Positions 48,602 through 55,715 of a stretch of DNA of 64,000 nucleotides are shown here, piece by piece. The notes beneath the pieces were generated by a model. That model did not search any database. It saw only the letters and a program-made list of their open reading frames with translations, and was not told the origin of the DNA. Origin of the DNA: Actinomycetota bacterium (GTDB lineage Bacteria; Actinomycetota; Acidimicrobiia; Acidimicrobiales; Ilumatobacteraceae); the NCBI GenBank assembly GCA_041178405.1, contig JBEGVK010000055.1:2680-66679 (forward strand). The letters are read 5' to 3'. Made by a program: the position numbers and the translations under genes. Position 1 is the first letter of the stretch, and each line of letters opens with the position of its first letter.

Positions 48602-49669
48602 TCAGTCGCAGCCCGACAGCGACCGCACCAGGGGATACGGATTGGTCGCAGCGCCGCCAGACGGGTGGATCTCGAGGTGGAGGTGGGGCACCGAGGCGTT
48701 GCCCGTCCGGCCGATGGTGCCGATCGTGGCGCCCGCCGGAACGGTCGTTCCCACCGCGATGCCTGCAGCGATGGCGTCGAGGTGCGCGTAGAACAGATAG
48801 GTGCCGTCGGCCAGGGAGAGGCGCAGCGCATTGCCAGCGATCGTGCCGGACGACGCAAGGGTGATCCTGGTGATCGTGCCGGCGTACATGGCGTATGCGG
48901 GCGAGCCCGTCGGGGCGAGGATGTCGACGCCCTCGTGGGTGCGGCCATTCGGACGCGGTGCCCCGAACGTGTCGCTGAAGGTGCAGGTTCGCCGCGTCGG
49001 GAAGACCGGTCCGCTGCCCACTGGGGGCAGGCTGGTGCCGGGTGGCTGTGTGGCGTCGGGGAGCCGTAGTCCGAGGGCGGCGGCGGTTGCGGGACCGACG
49101 ACGCCGTCGGCGGTCAGGCCGTGGTCGGCCTGGAATCGACGTACGGCGGCCTCGGTGTAGCGGCCGAAGATGCCGTCGGCGCCGCCGACCAGCTCGATCC
49201 CGGTGCTCATCAGCGCCTGCTGCACCAGCACCACGATGACGCCGCTCGAGCCACGACGGACGATGGCACCCGTCTCGGGGAGCCGTAGTCCGAGGGCGGC
49301 GGCGGTTGCGGGACCGACGATGCCGTCGGCGGTCAGGCCGTGGTCGGCCTGGAATCGGCGTACGGCGGCCTCGGTGTAGCGGCCGAAGATGCCGTCGGCG
49401 CCGCCGACGAGCTCGATCCCGGTGTTCATCAGCGCCTGCTGCACCAGCACCACGATCGGCGACCGGTCGCCGCGAGCGGCAAGTCGTACAGCGACTGCGC
49501 CAGAGGCTGGCGCCAGGGATGGTGCCAGGGACGGTGCGGAGGCCTCGGCAACGGGCACTGCGCCGTCGCGTGCCGCCGGGATCAGCAGCGACAACGTGGC
49601 GCAGAAGAGCATCAGAAGGGCTCGGGGTGCACGAGCCATGGGATGCCGAGACGGGTGGTGGCGATACAT
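48602..49669 (-). CDS. secreted peptidoglycan hydrolase: 2x PG_binding_1 + M23 peptidase
   Basis: It has a signal peptide and two near-identical peptidoglycan-binding repeats (VVLVQQALM.TGIELVGGADGIFGRYTEAAVRRFQADHGLTADG.VGPATAAAL). The M23 core has HEGVDI...HLHLEI. Confidence 0.9.
   Translation of the reverse strand: MYRHHPSRHPMARAPRALLMLFCATLSLLIPAARDGAVPVAEASAPSLAPSLAPASGAVAVRLAARGDRSPIVVLVQQALMNTGIELVGGADGIFGRYTEAAVRRFQADHGLTADGIVGPATAAALGLRLPETGAIVRRGSSGVIVVLVQQALMSTGIELVGGADGIFGRYTEAAVRRFQADHGLTADGVVGPATAAALGLRLPDATQPPGTSLPPVGSGPVFPTRRTCTFSDTFGAPRPNGRTHEGVDILAPTGSPAYAMYAGTITRITLASSGTIAGNALRLSLADGTYLFYAHLDAIAAGIAVGTTVPAGATIGTIGRTGNASVPHLHLEIHPSGGAATNPYPLVRSLSGCD
49056..49456. repeat. 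219-bp-period tandem duplication inside the M23 gene
   Basis: 49056-49237 aligns to 49275-49456 with 4 mismatches in 182 nt by my count. It encodes the two PG_binding_1 repeats. Confidence 0.9.
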
Positions 49670-49690
49670 GGGGGCTCCTCTTGTGCCCCC
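49670..49690 (-). promoter_or_regulatory. hairpin enclosing the Shine-Dalgarno of the M23 gene
   Basis: The minus-strand RNA reads GGGGGC-ACAAGAGGA-GCCCCC immediately followed by AUG (49669). The GAGGA SD is in the loop and the 3' arm abuts the start codon. Confidence 0.4.
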
Positions 49691-50070
49691 ACAGTCGAGG
49701 ACCGTGAGGGCAGATCGATTGGCCGCCCGCCGAGGTCACCCTAGAACGCAGCGATGACGAGCAGTCGGCATTCCTGTAACGGTTTCGTAACGCGAGCGTC
49801 GACAGTGCCGAGAGCGGACTGGGTGGAGGGGAGCCTCGGCACGACAGTGAACCAGCCTCGGGAGGACGACCGCCCGGGTCCGGACGTAAGTGACATAACG
49901 ATGATTATGGGCGAAGCGATACCAGACGAGACGGCCGGGTCGGCCGGGTCGGCGTGCCATGTCCCTGAATGGCATGGCCCCGACGTGCCATCTCCTTGTG
50001 TCGCAACGCCTAGCTGAGAAGCCTCAACTGTCGGCGCCCGGCCACCGTCGACATTCTCTGATCGGGCGAC

Positions 50071-50481
50071 TCAGCGCTCGTCGTCAGTGCGCCGAAGCTC
50101 GCGGTCCCGCAGTGGACGCGCTGCCTCGAGAAGCCAGTCGAGCAGGTCGCGAAGCTCGCCGGCGGTCACCGAGCGCGACCCGGCGAGACCGCGGTCGGCA
50201 TCGTCGACGGCACAGGCAAGGACGAAGAGCTCGTCATGGAGCGCATCGAGTTCGGCCTTGGTGACGATCAGTTCGTCCTCGCTGAGGCGCAGCTCGGCGG
50301 CCCGCTGACGGCCGACCCAGTGCCACTGGCGACAGGCCTGCGAGCAGTACTGGCGGGGCCGACCGGTCCGCTGAGCCGGCAGCACCCGCCGGCACCAGGC
50401 GCATCGGTCGCGCCGGGGCGAGGGCCGAGATCGCCCTGCGCTGCCGCGTCCACGACCACCGTCATCCGGCTGTTTCGTCAT
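50071..50481 (-). CDS. small Zn-ribbon + coiled-coil protein, putative DNA-binding regulator
   Basis: 136 aa. The N-terminus is basic, with CAWC-x17-YCSQACRQWHWVGRQR, followed by the helical LSEDELIVTKAELDALHDELFVLA. TAGCGT (50488-50493) lies 6 nt upstream of the ATG, so a leaderless mRNA is possible. Confidence 0.6.
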   Translation of the reverse strand: MTKQPDDGGRGRGSAGRSRPSPRRDRCAWCRRVLPAQRTGRPRQYCSQACRQWHWVGRQRAAELRLSEDELIVTKAELDALHDELFVLACAVDDADRGLAGSRSVTAGELRDLLDWLLEAARPLRDRELRRTDDER

Positions 50482-50489
50482 GACGAAAC
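50472..50489. repeat. 18-nt perfect palindrome GTTTCGTCATGACGAAAC (copy 2)
   Basis: It is centred on the ATG (50479-50481) of the Zn-ribbon ORF and is identical to 47206-47223. Confidence 0.95.
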
Positions 50490-50588
50490 GCTACTCAGCG
50501 GCGCACTCGCTGATGCGCATCCCCGACTCGTCAGCCGTCGATGCGTCGGTGCCGGACTGCCGTGGTGCTGGCGTCACTCCGGGGTCAC

Positions 50589-51428
50589 TCAACGATCGGT
50601 CAGCGCCCCGGTCTCCCGCCATGCGGCCTCGATGCGGTCGATTCGCTCGACTGCCGTGCCGCGCAGGCGCTCGGCCACCCCCGCCACCAGCAGGTTGCCG
50701 AGGGCCAGCGTGCCGACATGGCTGTCGAAGGGCCCCGCCCCAGCGGCCGAGACGGTGAGTGCCCGGTGTGCAGTGGCCGCCAGCGGCGACAGTCCGCTGT
50801 CGGTGACGGCGAGCATCCAGGTACCGCGATCGCGAATTCGTCGTGCGGCCTCGACCACCCACCGGTCGTAGCGGCGCAGGTCGATGGCCACCACGGCATC
50901 GTCCGGACCCAGCAGGGCTACCGCCCGCTGCACGGCAACCTCGTTGCCGCTGAGCAGTTCGACCGATGGCCGCAGCGCACCGAGGTCGGCGGCAATTTGC
51001 TGCGCCACCCCGGTGGACGCGTCGCCGGTGAGCACGCCGACCGCCCGGGCCGACGACAGGCGCTCCACCGCCTCAGCGAGCGACTCGGCCGAGATGGCGC
51101 CCAAGGTCGTTTCCACATTGGCCGCCTCGACATGCGCGTGGCGCCCGATCTGGTCGTCGCCGACCGGCTCGCGGATCCGCTCGGCCGCCGGCCGGAGCTG
51201 ACCGGCCAGTTCGAGCTGTACTGCCCTCTGAAGGCCGGTGAATCCGTCAAGGCCGAGCTTGCCGGCAAGCCGCACCACGGTCGCTGCCCCTGCCGACGAA
51301 GCGGCAGCGAGTTCGGCCACCGTGCCGAACGCAACGAGCTGCGGGGCGGCGAGGACAGCCTCTGCCACACGTCGCTCCGCAGGTGTCAGTGACTCCCCTG
51401 CCTCGGCTATGCGCTCGGCGACCGACAC
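50589..51428 (-). CDS. RpiR/MurR-family transcriptional regulator (HTH + SIS)
   Basis: LTPAERRVAEAVLAAPQLVAFGTVAELAAASSAGAATVVRLAGKLGLDGFTGLQ is the RpiR HTH, followed by a SIS-like C-terminal half. I prefer GTG 51428, which leaves a 125-nt divergent intergenic region; the ORF-track maximum is 51539. Confidence 0.75.
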   Translation of the reverse strand: MSVAERIAEAGESLTPAERRVAEAVLAAPQLVAFGTVAELAAASSAGAATVVRLAGKLGLDGFTGLQRAVQLELAGQLRPAAERIREPVGDDQIGRHAHVEAANVETTLGAISAESLAEAVERLSSARAVGVLTGDASTGVAQQIAADLGALRPSVELLSGNEVAVQRAVALLGPDDAVVAIDLRRYDRWVVEAARRIRDRGTWMLAVTDSGLSPLAATAHRALTVSAAGAGPFDSHVGTLALGNLLVAGVAERLRGTAVERIDRIEAAWRETGALTDR

Positions 51429-51553
51429 GGGCCGACCATACCGCGCCACGACTGGCGCGGATGTTTCGACAACGGATACTCTTGGAACAGGTATTCCATT
51501 TCTGCTCGTGCCGCCCCGTGGTGCCCGCAGACCCCCCACCCTCGGAGCACGCC

Positions 51554-52528
51554 ATGAGTTCGATCATCCTGCAGGCGTCTCGTCGTCCGCACCTTGCGCC
51601 GCCCACCGTTGATGCCGGCGGATGGTCGCCCGTCTCCCCGCACGACATGCGGCACACCGACGACGACGCCGTCCTCGTCGCCGGTCGCCTCACCCAGTCC
51701 CTGCCGCCTGCGGTCTATGCAGCGCTCGCCGATTTCGCCGAGCGGCCGCACCCTGCTGGGGCACTCCTCGTGCGCAACGTCGGAGTCGGACACATCCCGG
51801 CCACGCCCCCAACGCCCACTTCGCCAACGGGGAAGGACTCGACCAGCGAGTTCGCCCTCCTCACCATTGCGCGCATGATGGGCCATCCTGTCGGCTACCT
51901 GCCCGAGCATGGCGGCGAGATCGTCCAGAACCTCGTGCCCGTCGCCAGCACGGCCGACCGCCAGGTGAGCACATCGTCCACCTCCGACCTCATGTTCCAC
52001 ACCGAGGCGGCGTTCCATCCGCATCGGCCGCGCTACCTGCTCCTCGCCTGCCTGCGCGGCGACACCGCCGCTGTCACCACCCTCGCCTCGGTGCGCGAGG
52101 TCCTGCCGCTGCTGCCAGAGGCCGTAGCCGAAGTCCTCTTCGAGGCGCGATACCGCACGGCCGTCGACGAGAGCTACCTGCACGGCCGGAGCAACCGACT
52201 CGGCGATCCGGTCCCCGTGCTCAGCGGTACCTTCGACGAGCCGTCGATGGTGTTCGACGAGGATCTGATGGTCGGCCTCGACCCTGCGGCAGCCGACGCC
52301 CTGCGCCTGCTCGGCAGTGCAGTACGCGAGCATCACACCGGAGTCGTGCTCGAGGCCGGCGACGTGCTCGTTGTCGACAACGCGCTCGCCGTGCACGGAC
52401 GGTCGCCGTTCGTCGCCCGCTACGACGGTACCGACCGGTGGCTGCAGCGGTCACTGGTCGTCAGCGACCTGGCCGCCTCGGCTGGCGATCGAATCGGCCG
52501 AGTCATCACCACCGTCTTCGGCGACTGA
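51554..52528 (+). CDS. Fe(II)/2-oxoglutarate dioxygenase, clavaminate-synthase-like amino-acid beta-hydroxylase type (VioC/AsnO/KDO-like)
   Basis: Trimmed to ATG 51554. It has the HxE facial-triad start (MFHTEAAFH) and the distal VDNALAVHGRSPF. The substrate is not assignable by eye. Confidence 0.8.
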   Translation: MSSIILQASRRPHLAPPTVDAGGWSPVSPHDMRHTDDDAVLVAGRLTQSLPPAVYAALADFAERPHPAGALLVRNVGVGHIPATPPTPTSPTGKDSTSEFALLTIARMMGHPVGYLPEHGGEIVQNLVPVASTADRQVSTSSTSDLMFHTEAAFHPHRPRYLLLACLRGDTAAVTTLASVREVLPLLPEAVAEVLFEARYRTAVDESYLHGRSNRLGDPVPVLSGTFDEPSMVFDEDLMVGLDPAAADALRLLGSAVREHHTGVVLEAGDVLVVDNALAVHGRSPFVARYDGTDRWLQRSLVVSDLAASAGDRIGRVITTVFGD

Positions 52529-52584
52529 CCGGGCTGCGCGACACTGTCGTCGTGACCGACACACTCGCCACCCGCATCTCGACG

Positions 52585-53631
52585 ATGCCCGATGCGCCGT
52601 CGTGCGCCTTTGCGAGCGACAACGCTGCCGGCGCGCACCCTGCCATCCTCGAGGCTGTCATCGAGGCAAATGCCGGTCACGCACTCGCGTACGGAGCCGA
52701 TCCCTGGACGGCAGCGCTCGAGGAGCGGATGCGCGATCTCTTCGGCGCGACAGCCAGTTCGTTCGTCGTGTGGAACGGCACCGGTGCGAACGTGATGGCG
52801 CTCGCCACGATGGTGCGACCTGGCGACGCTGTCGTGTGCACCGACTGGGCGCATATCAATGTCGACGAGACCGGTGCCCCAGAGCGAATCATCGGCACCA
52901 AGCTGCTGCCGCAGGCGTCGACTCGCGCCAAGCTCGTGCCCGCGCAGCTCGAGGACCTCGCCCATCTGCAGGGAGTCCAGCACCACGCCCAGCCTGGCGT
53001 CGTCTCGATCACCCAGAGCACAGAGCTGGGCACCGTGTACTCGGCCGACGAGGTGGCTGCGCTCTGCGAGACAGCGCATCGAATGGGCATGCACGTACAC
53101 CTCGACGGGGCGCGCCTCGCCAATGCAGCGGCGGCGCTTGGCGGCACACCTGCCGCGCTCCGATCCTTCACCGTCGATGCCGGTGTCGACGTCGTGAGCT
53201 TCGGCGGCACGAAGGCAGGCATTCTCGGCGGCGAGGCCGTCGTCTACCTGCGCCCACAGCTCGCCGAGCGGGCCGCCTACGTGCGCAAGCAGGTCAACCA
53301 GTTGCCGTCGAAGATGCGATTTGTCTCGGCACAGCTGGTGGCACTGCTCGACGACGACCGGTGGCTCCGGCTCGCCGGCAGCGCCAACGCCATGGCCCGT
53401 CGGCTGTATGACGCCACCCGCGACATCCCTGGCGTGCACTTCGACGAGGAACCCGAGGTGAACAGCGTGTTCCCCTGCCTGCCGCCGGAGGCCATCGACC
53501 CGCTCCGATCGTGGTGCTTCTTCTGGGACTGGGACGTCCGCCGCCATCAGGTGCGCTGGATGACGGCGTGGGACACCACTGCGGCCGACATCGACCGCTT
53601 CGCTGCCGGCGTGCGCCACCTCCTCGCCTGA
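52585..53631 (+). CDS. low-specificity threonine aldolase-family PLP enzyme
   Basis: FASDNAAGAHPAILEAV...VWNGTGANVMAL...SFGGTKAG (PLP Lys) are present. The start is ATG 52585, or GTG 52552. Confidence 0.85.
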   Translation: MPDAPSCAFASDNAAGAHPAILEAVIEANAGHALAYGADPWTAALEERMRDLFGATASSFVVWNGTGANVMALATMVRPGDAVVCTDWAHINVDETGAPERIIGTKLLPQASTRAKLVPAQLEDLAHLQGVQHHAQPGVVSITQSTELGTVYSADEVAALCETAHRMGMHVHLDGARLANAAAALGGTPAALRSFTVDAGVDVVSFGGTKAGILGGEAVVYLRPQLAERAAYVRKQVNQLPSKMRFVSAQLVALLDDDRWLRLAGSANAMARRLYDATRDIPGVHFDEEPEVNSVFPCLPPEAIDPLRSWCFFWDWDVRRHQVRWMTAWDTTAADIDRFAAGVRHLLA

Positions 53632-53749
53632 CCTACTCGCCGCTGGCGGGCCGGTCCGGGCTCTTCAGTCGATCGACTACCATCCTGTTCGTTGCCGTGT
53701 GCAAGTAGTTGTGCCCGGCGTGGCTGCACGAGTCGAAGGGGCGTGGCGG

Positions 53750-54055
53750 ATGAGCGGGGTCGAGCCGACAACTCGGCGCACGGCGACCGACGACCGCTGG
53801 ATGGCACACGCCGACTGCAGGGGTCTCACCCACCTGTTCTTCCCCGATGCTGCAGAGCGTCCGCAGTCAAGGATGCAGCGCGAGGCAATGGCCCGCGCAG
53901 TCTGCAGCGCATGCCCTGTGCTCGACATCTGCCGCGACTTCGCCCGGCAGCACCACGAGTACGGCTTCTGGGGTGGCGAGAGCGAGGACGAGCGCCACGG
54001 CGCCGGATATCGACTCATTGCGCCGATCGGCGTCCGCGCCCGCGACGTCGGCTGA
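53750..54055 (+). CDS. WhiB-family Fe-S transcription factor
   Basis: The Cys pattern is C-x29-C-x2-C-x5-C (ADCRG...CSACPVLDIC), followed by GFWGGESEDER. The start is ATG 53750, or GTG 53699. Confidence 0.85.
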   Translation: MSGVEPTTRRTATDDRWMAHADCRGLTHLFFPDAAERPQSRMQREAMARAVCSACPVLDICRDFARQHHEYGFWGGESEDERHGAGYRLIAPIGVRARDVG

Positions 54056-54114
54056 GCCGCTCGAGCCGTCACGGTGCCACGCCGTCGCGTGCAGCACGGC
54101 AATACGATCAGAGT

Positions 54115-55167
54115 GTGGCCGACTCGCCCGAACATCGCCACGCGGTGGCTGCAGCATGGAGCGAGTACGGCGACCGACGCACCATCACGAAGATCGACGA
54201 TGTCAGTGCCGACGTCTCCACCAATCATGTCTTCCGTCTTCACCTCGATGACGGCACGACCACGATCTGCAAGGTGTCGAACTACGGCTCGTACTTCCTG
54301 TTCTACGAGGACCACGACCGCCTTCGACGTTGCGCTGAACTGCTGCACGGCACGCGGTTCGACGGCATGCTCGCCGACATCCGCCTGAAGGACGGCCGGC
54401 TCTTCACCTGGTACGACCAGAGGATGTGGGCTGTGTTCTACGACGACGTGCCACGCCGGCAGACCCTTCCGAAGGTGCTCGGCATCGAGCAGATCCGCAA
54501 TCTCGGACGGGAGATGGCCGAGTTCCATCTCGCCTGCACAGCGATCGCACCGGCGATTCCAGCCGGCTCGAAGACCATCAAGAGCGATGCCATCCACCTG
54601 CTCGAGCTGCTCGAGAGCCCTTTCGCGCCGCGCAACTTCAGCCTCCCGTCAGAGGCGATCGGCCCGCTCTGGCGTCATACGCACCGATTCCTCGAACGGC
54701 TCATCGAGGTCGGCTACGACGAGTGGACTCGGATACCCGTGCTCATCGACTGGAACCTCGGGAACTTCTCGGTCGATTCACAGCCGGACGGCTCGTTTCG
54801 CCTCTACAGCAGGTGGGACTACGACTGGTTCAGGATCGAACCACGCCTGCTCGACTTCTACTTCCTCTCAAGGGTGTCGTCGAAGACCGGTGATCGCACC
54901 GAGTTCACCTACGGCCCGCACACGCTCGTCGAACCGACATTCCTCGAGTTCCTCAGCGCCTATCGAAGCGTGTTCCCGATGAGCCGCGACGAGGTGATGT
55001 TCCTTCCCGAGGTGTACCGCTTCTTCGTGCTCAACTACGTGATCCGCGAAGGCGCCGGGTTCTTCCGGCCCGACCTGTGTGCTCGATTCCGCTCGCAGGT
55101 GGTACGCCAGCACCTTCCAGCACTCGACCGACTCGACCTGTCGCCGCTCGAGTCGCTCGCTGGCTGA
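54115..55167 (+). CDS. APH/CotS-like phosphotransferase (small-molecule kinase fold)
   Basis: ORF-track 53692..55167 is trimmed to GTG 54115. It has the catalytic-loop-like VLIDWNLGNF and the downstream WDYDW. TACGAT lies 5-6 nt upstream, so a leaderless start is possible. Confidence 0.65.
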   Translation: MADSPEHRHAVAAAWSEYGDRRTITKIDDVSADVSTNHVFRLHLDDGTTTICKVSNYGSYFLFYEDHDRLRRCAELLHGTRFDGMLADIRLKDGRLFTWYDQRMWAVFYDDVPRRQTLPKVLGIEQIRNLGREMAEFHLACTAIAPAIPAGSKTIKSDAIHLLELLESPFAPRNFSLPSEAIGPLWRHTHRFLERLIEVGYDEWTRIPVLIDWNLGNFSVDSQPDGSFRLYSRWDYDWFRIEPRLLDFYFLSRVSSKTGDRTEFTYGPHTLVEPTFLEFLSAYRSVFPMSRDEVMFLPEVYRFFVLNYVIREGAGFFRPDLCARFRSQVVRQHLPALDRLDLSPLESLAG

Positions 55168-55659
55168 TCAGGCGTCGCGGACGCTCCACTCGCGTCGCGC
55201 GACCGGGTCCTTGTCGCTCCAGGGGAAGTTGATCCAGAGGTCGGTGCGACGCCACACGTAGTCGCATTTCACGACGGAATGGCTCTTCTCGTACAGGCAT
55301 GCAGTGCGCACCTCAGCCACCTTGCCGGCGCAGAACTCCTGCACGCTGCGCAGCGTGTGGCCGGTGTCGGCGACGTCATCGGCAATGAGGATCCGGGAGT
55401 GGGCGAGGTCGACGAAGTCGGGGGCAGGCGGAAGGATCCGCGGCACTTCGAGTCGCTCGTCAACGCCGGTGTAGAACTCGACGTTCATGGTGTACACGTT
55501 CTTCACGCTGAGGGCGTAGCCGAGGGCGCCGCCGATCAGCAGTCCGCCACGGGCGATCGACAGGATCATGTCGGGCTCGTAGTCGTCGGCCACCATCTGC
55601 GCCAGTTCACGCGACGCACTGCCGAAGATGTCCCATGTCATGATCTCGCGCTCGCTCAT
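55168..55659 (-). CDS. purine phosphoribosyltransferase (xanthine-guanine/hypoxanthine PRT-like)
   Basis: Trimmed to ATG 55659. The PRPP motif is RILIADDVADTGHTL. Its stop abuts the kinase stop (TGATCA). Confidence 0.8.
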   Translation of the reverse strand: MSEREIMTWDIFGSASRELAQMVADDYEPDMILSIARGGLLIGGALGYALSVKNVYTMNVEFYTGVDERLEVPRILPPAPDFVDLAHSRILIADDVADTGHTLRSVQEFCAGKVAEVRTACLYEKSHSVVKCDYVWRRTDLWINFPWSDKDPVARREWSVRDA

Positions 55660-55715
55660 CGCGTCGAAACTAGTGGCTCGGCCGCAGCCGGTCACAGATG
55701 GTCGCACGGTGCGGG

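Noticed and set aside
49736-50017. Small ORFs (79 aa minus, 87 aa plus) inside the 400-bp gap upstream of the M23 gene.
   Set aside because: Third-codon-position GC, counted by hand for the plus ORF, is about two thirds, well below neighbouring genes. There is no SD and no recognisable domain. I treat the region as non-coding, although translation cannot be excluded.
49670-50070. A cyclic-di-AMP (ydaO-type) riboswitch upstream of the cell-wall hydrolases, also looked for at 48450-48601.
   Set aside because: The conserved core strings I remember (ACGGGGGACCCA, GGGGUGAAUC, CCCGAAxCCGxCAGCUAACCUCGUAAGCG) are absent on the sense strand. Only loose, partial resemblances occur, on the antisense strand. 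I kept the region as an unexplained structured leader instead.
53667-53678. A 12-nt perfect palindrome AGTCGATCGACT upstream of the WhiB gene.
   Set aside because: More than ten perfect 12-nt palindromes are expected by chance in 64 kb (64000 x 4^-6). There is no second copy and no supporting context.
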